This document shows, in pieces, positions 1 to 12,355 of a stretch of 64,000 nucleotides of DNA. This DNA is from Camelus ferus. Its lineage: Eukaryota. Made by a program: the position numbers and the translations under genes. Numbering within the stretch: position 1 is the first letter of the stretch; every line of letters starts with the position of its first letter. The notes under the pieces were generated by a model. The model worked only from the letters and a program-made list of their open reading frames with translations. It was not told where the DNA came from and ran no database searches. Location of the stretch: NCBI RefSeq assembly GCF_009834535.1, contig NC_045697.1, positions 69,752,001 to 69,816,000 of the forward strand, written 5' to 3'.

Positions 1-800
1 CTGCTGAATGGAGCTTAGTCCTGGCCCTCTGGTGGATGGGGTTGTGCCTAGAGGTGGCTGTGGACTGAGGAAGTCTGCTGATGGGTGGGACTGTGTTCCC
101 ACCCAGTATGTTGTTTGGCCTGAGGCTTCCCAGCCCTTAAGCCTACAGGCTGTTGGGTGGGGCTAGGTCTTGGTGCTAATGATCCAATCAAGATGTCAGC
201 CTCCAGGAAAGCCCATGTAGTTGAACACTCCCTGAATGTCTGCTACCAGTTTTTATGTCACCAAGGTGAACCACAGCCATCCCCTACCTCCCCAGGAAAA
301 CTTCCAAAACCAGCAGGCAGGTCTGGTCCAAGTTCCTATGAAGTCACTGCCTCTACCCTTGGACCTGGAGCACATGAGATTCTGTGTGCACTTCCCAAGA
401 GATTGAAGTCTGTTTCCCCAAGTCCCGTGGGGCTCCTGGAGTTAAGGCCCACTGACCTTCAAAACCAGGTGTTATGGAGACTCCTCCTCCCAATGCTAGA
501 ACCCTGGGCTGGGGAGCCTGACTTGGGGCTCAGAACTCTCACACTTGTGGGAGGGCCTCTGTGATTTAATTATTTTTCAGCTTGTGGGTCACCTACTTGT
601 GGGGTATGGGGCCTGAATATATTGTGAGCATGCCCCTCCTACCATCCTGCTGAAGTTCCCTCTATGTTTCCAGTTGAAGAGGATGTTTTTTGCTACGTTC
701 CAGTTTTTTTTTTTTTTTTTGATGGTTTTTTAGTAGTCAGTTGTGGTTTTGTTGTAATCATGAGGAAAGATGAGCTTGTGGTCCTATGACTCTGCTGTCC
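1..800 (-). mobile_element. L1 5'UTR (element continues beyond the window start)
   Basis: Closely similar to 18866-19650, which is the 5'UTR of an ORF1-bearing L1. Confidence 0.8.
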
Positions 801-1744
801 TCTATTTGTCCTATTTGTGTCCTTTTTTGACACCCTGCTTCCACCTCCAGCCTCCTTAGCTATAATAATTATATTTTATATCCTGCAGAGAGTACTTCAC
901 AGTCCTGAAAGATACTAAGTGCTTAATAAATGCTGATCAAATTGAGTATTTACCTTGGAAACACAATCGAGATTAACACAATTCTCTAAATACTTGGTAT
1001 CTGCCTTCTTTCTGACTTTCTTTTTGTGCTGTACTTTGAATGAGCTTCTTTCAAGATAGGGACTGGCTTTTATTTTCTGTGAACATCAGAGAACCTGCTA
1101 AGAAGTATTTTGAGAGGAAGCTGGAGAAGAGATTTCAGAATGGTAAATCCCTGGGCTTTTGGATGTGAGGGTGTCTTCTAATGCTAAAAATAATATCATG
1201 GATTCTTTCCATGAGAATGGCTTTACCTTTTTTGACTGTTGATATTCAGGCTTGTAGTTGTTCTGAAAATTCCCAATGGTATAAATGTTTAAAAGTATAA
1301 TTTCCCTCCTATTACATTAGTATATATAGTAATTTTTAATAATAATTCATTAATCTCAAGATAAATGCCTAAATAACATATTTGGGATCCATAATATTTC
1401 AAACTGAATTGATTGTGTTTCTGCACAAACTAGATCTTATTTCTGACTACACTTACTTTATTTCCTATATCTAATTACACATTTCTTTGATTTGAAAGTG
1501 CTGTTTTTTACAAGTTAAAATCTCTGATATCAGTTGCTTCTTACTGTCAATGGGATATCATAGTTAATTGGCAGTATTTTTCTTTCTTAGTGGTATATAA
1601 AATTATGGTGCATCTTTAAACTGATGGTGCCTTAGCTCTGATGAGATATGTTAGTTGTAAATACATGTAGATTGTAATTCCTTAACATTTCACCCATTTG
1701 TCTACCATTGCAGTTCATTTCTTCACTCTTTCTTTTTTGTTTGT

Positions 1745-2465
1745 TTTTTAAAAAATTGAGATAAATTCACCTAACATAAAATTTACTATTTTAATCATTT
1801 TAAAGTATAAAATTTAGTGATTGCTGAATATAGTCACAATATTATGCAATTTCACCAATACTAATTCCAGAATATTTCCATCATCCCAAAAAGAAACCCC
1901 ATACTTCCCAATTTCTTCCTTTGCCTATCTTCTGGCAACCGCTAATCTACTTTCCATCTCTATGGATTTGCATACCCTGGAATTTTATTTAAATGGGATC
2001 ATACAGTATAAGGCCTTTTGTGTTTTCACTTAACATAATATTTTCAAGGTTCATCCATATTGTAACATGCATCATTACTTCATTCCTTTTTATTGCCAAG
2101 TAATATTATATTGTATGGATATACCACAATTTATTTATCTTTTTTCAGTTGATGGATTTTTTTATTCACTTTTGGCTGTTATGAATAACGCTGCTATAAA
2201 CAATCATGTACAAGTTTTTGGTAGAGAACATATATTTTCAGTTCTTTTGAGTATATAACTAGGAATGAAATTGCTAAGTCATGATAACTCTGTGTTTAAT
2301 TTTTGAGGAACTACCAAACTGTTTTCTGTAGTGGTTGTACCATTTTACATTTTCCACTAGCAATATATGAGACTTCCAGTTTCTCTACTTTTCATCAACA
2401 CTTGCTGTTTTCCTTTTTGTTCTTTCATGTGGCCATCCTAGAAAGTGTGAAGTAGTATTCCTCAC
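1745..2465 (-). mobile_element. Old L1 (L1M-type) 3' region
   Basis: Typical reverse-strand L1 ORF2-end/3'UTR text (ttcaaggttcatccat, tttttgaggaactaccaaactgtttt). Confidence 0.7.
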
Positions 2466-2607
2466 TGTTTCTTTTTTTTTTTTTCTTCTAACAAATTTCA
2501 CTGAAGTTTTATTGAAAAAAAAAGCAGTTCCATTAAAACAACAATAACAACTGAATTGATTCCAGGTTGATGCTAAACACTATGCTTAAGAGAGATAGTT
2601 CTGATCA

Positions 2608-2794
2608 TTTTTTTAAACATTTTTTATTGATTTATAATCATTTTACAATGTTGTGTCAAATTCCAGTGTTCAGCACAATTTTTCAGTTATTCATGGACAT
2701 ATACACACTCATTGTCACATTTTTTTCTCTGTGAGTTATCATAACATTTTGTGTATATTTCCCTGTGCTATACAGTGTAGTCTATTCTACAATT
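2608..2794 (-). mobile_element. 5'-truncated L1 3' end, same family as 46325-49178
   Basis: Reverse complement closely matches about 48975-49178, including the caataaaaaatgtttaaaaaaa tail. Confidence 0.8.
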
Positions 2795-5700
2795 TCTTAA
2801 ATGGTACTTCTCTCATAACTTCTTCATTGATCTTCTGATCTCTTCCTATTTCAGGAATAGATTTCCAAAGGCAAGTTAAAGTCATATAATTTTCTATTCA
2901 AAAATCTTCGATGGTTCCCTAACAAACCTGTCAAATTAGGCATGAATTTGTTATCCTTGAACTTAAGGATTTTCAGTCTATCTGTCCATACATGTTGCCT
3001 GTTAGTATTCCACTCCTTCATTATAGCTACATTATGTTTCAACAAATCTGGAAAACTCAGCTGTCACTTGAACATCTCCTATGCTATCCTTTTACCTGCC
3101 TTTGTTAATTTTGTTCCTGTATCTCCACTTCTACAGGTGTAATTCCTACTTTTTATTCAAGACTCGTCTTAGAAATCTGCTTCCAAATGAAGTCTCTCCT
3201 GATTCTTCTGTTGTTCTATTATTTTCCTTCTTTTGAGCACCTGGAGAAATTGGTGTGTTTCTTATATCATCCATCTTATTCTGCCTTGTAATCTGAAACA
3301 TTTTGTTCTTTTCTTGACCTTCCTCCTTAAGTACAAAGACTTCTCATCTTGTGTCCTTGCACTGCCTTACCAATATAAAATATTTAGTACTTATTAACTA
3401 ATTTAAATTTGAAATCATTCAATGCTTTCACAGATATTAGATGAATCTTTTTGAGTTATAGTGTACTGTGTGATACTGTGTACTTGGGTTATGTATTAGG
3501 GGAAAGAGAGACACCCTGTCTTCAATCCAATCAGAGAAAAAGGATGACAGTATGCAATCTACAGAAATACCAATCTGTGAATCTAATAATTTTAAACCCA
3601 CTTTGAAGGAGAGGAATCATGGTGATGAACTGAAAAGTGGTGGGTGGAATAAGAGAAGATTCCTGGAAGTTGATCTGGAACTTTAATTTAAAGGATAGTA
3701 TTCACAGCATCGAATTTAATAAGATAATCAAATGTTACAATGGAAAAATAATGCTACATAGAAAACTAAAAATATATCTTCACATATTACATGTCCCTAT
3801 AGTGAATAAAAGTACATTATAAATACTAAATACCAGTTTATCAAATATAATGATAAGGTAGGTGGTGAAGACAGAAGATTTCTTAGTTTCCCTTCTAAGA
3901 AGTCAAGTGATTTCTTGTAAAAAATATTATTTAGAATATGAAACTAACAAATATGAACATAATTGCCTGTGGACTTAGAATAGGGAAAATGAAACATAAG
4001 CTTGTTATTTTATTATAAAAACAAGATATTACTTATTTTACTACTACCACTAATAATACTTTTTAGCAGTAGTATAAAACTTGTAATACCACTTGCTTTT
4101 TAAAACAGAATGTATATATTATTTTTAAATAAGAAAAAATCTAGAACTATATCTTAAGCAAATAGGCATAGATATATACAAATATGTATCCATAAGAATG
4201 TTCTTTGAAGCATGGATTTAATAGTAAAAAGGACAATCTAAATGCCCAACAAGACAAGATCCATGAAAATATAATTATATCTAATGGTGTATGTTGAAGC
4301 AATCAAAATAACATTGTGGAATATGATTTAATAGCATGAAACTGTTCATTATGTATTGTTAACTGAATATAAAGCATTATAAAACAGTATGATTTCAATA
4401 GTAGTTGTTAACATTTGTTGATTTCTTTTTATGTGGTAGGCACTGTAAGTGCTATACATGCATTTTTCTCATTTTCCCTCCATAATAGCACTATGAAATG
4501 GGTAATGTTGATGAGCCTAAGTGACTTTAAGCAAGGCTATAAAACATGTACAATAATGGTTCTGTGTTTTTAAAAATAAATAAAACTAAAATGCACAAGT
4601 GGAAAAAAAAAAAGGATAGTATTATTTGGGAGAGCTGGCGCACAACAGAAGGAAGATACAGTTTCTGCAGTAAATCTAGTAACTCAAATTAAGTTTCAAG
4701 TTTAGCAAATATCTTAGTAATTGATTTAATTATTTTCACTTATGTTTCCAAGGCCATCTGTTTGGTGGCTTAGAAATTCAATGACCCAAATGGTTAAGAG
4801 ACCCATTTTCCTGGAAGGATTTTACAGAGCAAACAGGTCTGTGGTACTGACTTTATAAAGATATTTTAATTTTATACCAGTGAGGAGATACCAAATTCAG
4901 ATATTAAGTAATATTAACCAAATCACAGAGCATTTGCTTGTGGTGAAAGCAGTTTTGCCACGAAAGGGTGACCTTGTCTAAGGGTAGTACTGGCTAAGAA
5001 GATGTGCCTGTGTGACTGATAGTTCCCTCTGATTCTTTTCCCAAGAAGATGTTGGGACACTCTCCATGAGGAGTGGGGGCACGCTTCCAGCTCCAGACCA
5101 CTCTGGAGCTTCTGTAGTTATTCACATAGTGTTGCAGTCTTAAGGCTATTTGATAAGAGGAAAGATACTTCTAATCTGAGATGGTTTGAGTTAAGGTAGA
5201 AGAGTCACTCCCTGAGGTCAATGCATTTTTAAAAAGCATATTAACTGTTGCATTTTATTTTTTGATTTGGGGGAGAGGTGGTGGTGGGATGGAATAATTA
5301 GAAGTTATTATGAATTACTGAGAAAATTGATGATTTGTGTATTGCTGGAGATGATTACTCTTACACTTTACAAATGTATGTATTCATCCTTTTAAAGCAT
5401 AATTTGGAATACAGATTCATATATTCGTATAGCATATCATAAACATCTGACCCATGATTTTCTTACTAATTTTAGAGTTCTAAAAAGCAGAAATTTTTTT
5501 TCATCCAAGGATAAGGTACTTCTGAGAAAAGAGTCATAAAATTAAACTTATAGGTGACTGCACACTGTAATACCTATTAGTTAATTTATAATAGGAGATA
5601 TACAGGACCCGTCAGAAATGCATTACTGATCCCTGCAAAGGCCATATCCTTGCTAATCAGTAGGTCCATTTAGACTTCAGAGTTCAGACACATCAGTTGG

Positions 5701-6497
5701 CTTTTGGGAAATCAAAAGAAAGTTGGGAATATTTTATTTAGACTAAGGGGGGCTTAGCTTATTCAAGATATTTTTTTGGCAGAAAATGATAGAAATCTCT
5801 AACTCAAACTGGTTTAATAAGATCATTATAGCTTTAATTAGATTTCCAGAGGTAGGGCTGGCTCTGGAGTTGGTTAATTTAGTGGTTCAGTGATGTTAGA
5901 AAGAACCCCAATTTTATCTTTTGCTCTGCTGTCACTATTGAATTCATCAAGGGCTGATTCTCCTTTTGATCACAATTCCTAATTGGTACTACATGATTCC
6001 TTATTCATGTGAGATTGAGATAGAGGGGAAGGGAAGAAGGAAGAGGGAGAGAGAGAAGACTGGTTTGAATTTGATTACTAGATTTGCAATTCCAGAAAAA
6101 AAAATGTCATCTCATCCAGGATGAGGTAGTCCTGAAAAAGAAACAAACAAACCCAGAGATAACAGAATTAAACTCATGGGAGATTGTAAGCTAATTAGGC
6201 CAACTCAAATCACATGCCCGTTTCTTCTAGGCCAATAACGATTGCAAGGGAGAATGTTAAAAGTTGCTTTTAGGCTTAGTTTAATCATCTGGGAGAAGAA
6301 TCATATTGGGGAATCAATCGGTATCACAATAAACCTGAATGAATGCTCCTTACTTATTCTCCGCTCTAGAGATGCATTTACTTAAAGAAAATTAATGACT
6401 TAAATTCAAAATATCTCCCATGAATAGACATGTATAAATATTAGCCCCTTCAACTTTTATGATTTTCCTGTTCCTTGTGTAAATTTTATGTATATAT

Positions 6498-6976
6498 TGT
6501 CGACTGAAATAAATGCACAGCCTAAAAGTTGAGAGTCATGTTTTACTTGGCGGGAGGACTCCAGCTGGGGTGACAGCCCCTCAGATGGCTCTGAGGGACT
6601 GCTCCGATGAGGCAGGGGAGGAGCTAGGATATATAGGAGCTTTACAACAAAGACCAGGTAGTTGGAACAATAAAAGATTACTTGTTATCTAAAGAAAACC
6701 AGGCATCTCAAGTTAAAGAATTTAGCACTTTTCTATGTATGGGAGGAAGCAAACATTTAGGCTCATTGAATTCATTCCTTTGACAAGCACCTAGCTATTT
6801 AGGGCCAGTATCTTGTCCTTTATTATTCTGAGTCCCCTCAGAATGCCCCATTGTGAGTGGCTGCAGAGGCTGGGCTACAGGCTTGTCTTCACTGGGGAGT
6901 GGCGGCAGCCGCTGATGACTTGATGGTTTCAGCATTCTTTGTTTACTGATACGGATTGCAGTACTTTTCCTTCACA
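6498..6976. mobile_element. Solo LTR (ERV1-like)
   Basis: TG...CA termini, about 480 bp, flanked by atat/acat (possible 4-bp TSD), more GC-rich than its flanks. Confidence 0.6.
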
Positions 6977-9066
6977 ACATCAATTACCACATGCTTCTCT
7001 TTGTTAGCCAGTAGGTTGAGTAGTGTGCTATGTCAACATTATTGGCTCAACTCCTGTGAATTAATTAGATTTTTTTCTGTTCCAGGGCTTTAAATCAAAC
7101 TGTTAAATTGCTAATGTTTGTCTTTAAACATTACAAAGAGAATTGGGTGAGAAAATATTAATGGATCAGTGTAAATATATTACTGCTAGTGAGAAAGAAA
7201 ATGTGTCTGTTTTGATGGATATCACCTTACACAAATAAAGGGCTGCTTGGAATGTACTATGCTTTGAATTGCAAAGGGTATAGAATTACTTGGGATTGTT
7301 TGGTTGCAGTATCTCACTTGAGCTGACTTTTGGCCAGAGATTTATTTATAAATATAGAGCGATGTGTCATGGAGTCCCAAAGCAAAGAGGCAAATCGGCT
7401 TCAGGAAGGAATTGGGACTAGGTGTTAGACCTCCACCAGGATTGCTCCATCTCCCTTCTCTGCTTCTGTCTGTGCTTGCTCTTCAATCCTCTTGCTGCAG
7501 ATTGGCTTTCTTTTCTCTGTTCATGTGGTTGAAATTATGACTATTTCCCCAGGTCACAAATTCTTCGGCCAGACTCTTAAAAAGAGGCTAAATAACACAT
7601 TTTCTTTCATCTGGATGCTAAATTTTCAAGGAGTTTTGGTACTGCACTTAGTCCCATCAATAAAGGATGACTCTGAGGATCTTATAAACTTAAGGAAGAG
7701 GCAGAACCTAGTGAAAAGATGAGCTGGGTAGATAGTTTCATAGACGTTCATTCTTTTAATTTGACCCATGGTTAATTGCTCAAGAAATTTTCATTCCTAT
7801 ATTTACATATGATAGGATTTCCCTTTCTATCACAAAATCAAGGACTTATTTTTCTATGTACGGGTCAAGTACTGTGTAGGGGTAAAGTCAGGAGACCTTA
7901 GATCAAGTCCTGATTCAGCCATTTATTATGTAATCTTGAGCAAGAATGGTTATCTATGTGCCTAGATTGTATCATCTGTAAAGTGACAGGCTTGAACTAG
8001 ATCTTGTCTTCAAAATATCCCTTCCAGCTCTAAAGTTATGTAATTTAAGAAACTATGTTGGGAAAAAAAAAAAAAACTGGTAGAACCAACAAAGTGAAAT
8101 CCCAAATCTTGGGTTGATACTATGAGAATTATTACTTTCTGACCTTTTGTTATTTCAACAAATATTTGAAGCTGAAAAGAACAGTCACATAATGTTAACA
8201 TATCCAATTACGGAGTTTTTTCATTTTAATTTTTCTGCTGTTGGTGTATTTTTAAACTTTAGACAGTTATTTCATTCCTTTTATAATTTCATTTTGAAAT
8301 CCCAAAATGTATACCACTAGTGCCCCTAAGTATAAATCTTTCTTTTTATCCTCCTTGGGTTTTCTTTTTTAAAAAATTTATTTTATTTTATTTTTTATTG
8401 AAGTATAGTCATTTACAGTGTATCATTTTCTGGTGTACATATATATTATATATATATATTCGTCTTCATACTTAGTTTTTCTTTATTGTTGTCTATTATG
8501 GAGTTAGTTTCATTTGTGTCTTAGGTGTAGCTTATAAATTGATTTCTTAGGACTGAATTCTGAACCCCAAACCTTGCATAAGGCTCATAAACCAGTCCTA
8601 AGAAATCAGTTTAGAAATCCTAGTATGAGAATGGCATCTAGTAAGGACCACCTACTATTGTTTCAAAATAGAAAAATTTTCTTTAAAGTATAAGGAAAAA
8701 TAACTACAGTCCATATTCCAGTTTTAATCATTTTCCAGTAATGTCCTTTATAGCCTGTTTCCCCCTATGAGTGCAAAATCAAGTCCAGAGATCATTTATC
8801 ACCTTTAGTTGTCATATCTCATTTGTCTCCTTTAATTGTGAGCAGTTTCTTAGGCTTTCTTTATCTTTCATGACATTGACATTTTTGAAGAACAACATGC
8901 CATTAATTCTTGTCTTATTTTCTCTTTAAATATTGAATTTAAGTCCAATAAGCTTTATGTTCTTTCATGTTTTTTAAAAGCTAAGAATATTTTGATGATT
9001 CAATGAAAATATGCATTTTCTTGGGATACCTTCACTTTCTTATAACCTTCAGTTATAACTGACTTC

Positions 9067-9509
9067 TATTAAAGAAAAAATTATTCACGACACTAGTTAA
9101 AGACAGTAAGGAAGACTATTTAAGAAGGGCTACTGCAATGGGGGTTTTACAATAATGGAGAGAGATCTGGCTCAACATTGAATACAACAAGGACACGTGG
9201 AGATTCATAGCCAAGAAGTAGGCTGGGAGTCAGTGGAAGGAAGTTTACTAAGAGGAAGCATTGACTAGGGTGATTCTTGCTAGATCAACTCAACAGATTC
9301 TTGCTGAAGGCATACTAGGGTGATAAGATATAAAGGGTGAGGGTTTAGGACTTTGATCAGATATTGAGGGTGGAGGATTTTTGCTAAATTGACCCAGAAG
9401 GATTGTTGCTAAAACTAAGTAAGCAGGCTAAGACAGAACCTAAGGTCAGAGCGTAGTCAGAAGAGGGCTCAGAACAGCCTGACTCAAGTTCAGTAGAGAG
9501 TCTTTATCA
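9067..9509. mobile_element. Old solo LTR (MER-type ERV LTR)
   Basis: LTR-like start tattaaagaaaaaattattcacgacac and end ...ctttatca; family from recall only. Confidence 0.5.
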
Positions 9510-9619
9510 GTCTTTGGTGAGGAATTACAATGTTTTGCTTCATATACACTTTCCTTAGATAAATTTATATACATCCATTTAGGCAAGGGTATACTTATAT
9601 AACAGGAAGAAAAAGTGTT

Positions 9620-12355
9620 ACTTTATTGTTATAGGCTTTGTTTTAAAGTCTATTTTGTCTGATATGAGTATTGCTACCCCAGATTTCTTGTCATTTCCAC
9701 TTGCATGAATTATCTTTATCCACCTCCTAACTTTCAGTCTCTATGTGTCTTTAGCTCTAAAGTGAGTCCCTTGTAAGTGGCATATAGATGGGTCTTGCTT
9801 TTTTAATCCAATCAGCGAGCCTATGTCTTGATTGGAGCATTTAGTCCTTTGATATTTAAAGTGATTATTGATTGGTGTGCACTTATTGCCATTTTGTTAC
9901 TTGTTTTCTAGTGTCTTTGTAGTTTTTCTCTGTTCTTTTATTCTTTTAGTTTCTTCCCTTATGAGTTGATTTTCTTTAGTGATAGGCTTGTGTTCCTTTC
10001 TCTGTACTTTTTGTGTATCTATTGTAGGTTTTTGATTTGTTGTTACCATGGGGTTGACCTACAACTTTATCTACTTGTTTTAAACTGGTAGTCACTTAAG
10101 GTTAAACATATTATAAAAGATCTACTTTTTTTTTTAACTCCCCTTCCCCATGTTTTTTTTTTTTTTTTGATGTCATATTTCTCATCTTCTTGTTTGTCCC
10201 TTTTCTGTTTGTTGTAGTCATAGTTGATTTTATGATTTTTTGTCTTTTAATCTTTGTACTAGTTTGTTTAAGTGGTTGATCCATAGCCTTTACTATATAT
10301 TTGCCTTTACTAGTGAGATTTTTTTTCCTTTCCTATAGATTCTTGTTGTAGCCTTTTCTTTTTCACTTAGAGAAGATCTTCTAATATTTCTTTTAGGGGA
10401 GGTTTAGTATTGATGAACTCTTAGTTTTTGCTTATCTGAGAAGTTCTTTATCTGTCTTTCAATTCTAAATGATAATCTCCCTGGGTAGAGTATCCTAGGT
10501 TGCAGGCTTTTCCCTTTCAGCACTTCAACTATATCATGTCACTCCCTTCTGGCCTGCAAAGTTTCTGCAGAAAAATCAGCTAATAGCCTTATGGGGGTTC
10601 CCTTGTATATGACTTTGTTTTTCTTTTACTGCATTTAGAATTCTTTCTTTATATTTAACTTTTGCCATTTTAATTATGATATGTCTTGTTGCAGGTCTGT
10701 TTGGGTTCATCTGGTTTAGTACCCTCTGTGCTTCCAGTACCTGGATATCTGGGAAGACTTGGGAAATTTTCAGAATAATGTCATCAAATACATTTCCCAC
10801 CCTTTTCTCTCTCTTCTCCTTCTAGGATCCCTATAATGCAAATGTTAGTATGCTTGTTATTGTCCCAAAGGTCCCTTAAACTATTCTCATTAAAATTTTT
10901 TTTTTCACTGTTACGATTGGGTGATTTTCATTTTTCTATTTTTTATATGACTTATGTGTTCTATATCACCTAGTCTGCTGTTGATTCCTTCTAGTTATTT
11001 TAGTTATTGTATTCTTCAGTCCTGACTGTTTTTTATATTTTCTAGTTCCTTATTAATTTTCTCACTGTGTTCATTTATTCTTTTTCCTAATTCAGTTAGC
11101 ATTCTTATCACAAATGCTTTGAACTCTTTATCTGGTAAATTATTTATTTCTGTTTCATTTGTTGGTTTTTCAGGGATTTTCTCTTATTTTTTCATTTGAA
11201 GTAAATTCCTCTGTCTTCTCATTTTGCTTAACTTTCTTTGCTCTATGAAATTTGGTGAAACAGTTACCTATTCTGGTCTTGAAGGGCTGTCATTGTGTGG
11301 GAATGTCCCTATACAGTCTGTGTGTGCCTAATGGCTTTAGGGGGAGAGCTGGATCTGAAGTGAGCATGAGTCACATCTTCCCCCAGGGTGTGCTGGCAGC
11401 TATCACCTTGGTAGGAGGTGGGGTGGAGATAGAGGGGCTAGAGCCGGAGCCAGGTGTGAGCCAGAGCTGCTCTTCTGCTCAGTGGCCAAAAGGACCCTGT
11501 TGGGATTGGGATCAGGTTCTAAGTTACTGGAGCAAAAACCCTAAGGTTTGGATCTGAGCTGGCTCTGTTCTAAGTGTGTGCTCTCCCCCTTCCCAGCACT
11601 CACACCCTTGCCCCAGAGAGGAGCAGTGCTGGTGCAAGAAAGGCAGTATGGGTGCTTAGCACGGGTCAGGGCATGAGCTGTGGCAGTCTCAGTCCCAGTT
11701 AGAGTTCTGAACTGCTTCTGATTTGCCTCCATGGGCACCAGCACTGGCCACCTTCACCCCATTCAGATGCCATGTTGGGCCCTAGCCAACTCCATCCTGC
11801 ACAACTGTGTACTCCCCCTCACTGCATTAGCCCTTGCCCTAATGTGGACTGTGCCATGGAACACGGACTGGAGCAGGCACTTGGTTCAGGCTGGTGCACA
11901 CCGAGTATGTGAGAAAATGATCAGAGTCCCAGATGATTTCAGTTTGCTGCTTCTGCCTTGTTTCGGGAATAAGCAAGTGTGTATGCATCCTTCATGAGCA
12001 GAGTCTAGGTTTCTTACAGCCTCACTATCAGTTCCACTGGTTTTAAAACCAGCTAAGAGAATTCGCCCTCCCAATGTTGGACCCCAGATCTTAGATGCCC
12101 AATATGTATTTCACACTGCTTACTCCCCAAGGAGGATCCCCAAGCCCATGTAATCCCCCTCCTCATCTATGTCCCCTCCGCAGGTCCTGACTGATCACTT
12201 CTCTTTACTTCTCCTCCCTTCTTGCCTGATTCTGTGGATCTTTCTTAAAGCCTTGGTTGTATAAGAGTCTGTCAGTCTCCAGTTTGTTTTCAGTGAGAAT
12301 TGGCACACATGTAGATGTATGTCCTTCTACTTTGCCATGTTGGTCTCTCTCCTGA
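9620..12355 (-). mobile_element. Degenerate L1 5' half (5'UTR, ORF1, start of ORF2)
   Basis: ORF 10576..10800 is ORF1-like (IQVLEAQRVLNQMNPNRPATRHIIIKMAKVK); GC-richer 5'UTR at about 11260-12355. Confidence 0.8.

Noticed and set aside
157..564. 135-aa ORF and its homologue at 19098..19469 as a novel gene pair
   Set aside because: Both are antisense ORFs within L1 5'UTRs with different starts and frame-divergent ends; there is no evidence of coding constraint.
1..800. Near-identity of 1-800 with 18866-19650, and of 60081-60559 with about 18357-18849, as a segmental duplication
   Set aside because: Similarity is confined to L1 5'UTR/ORF1 sequence and the flanks differ, so these are dispersed copies of one L1 family.
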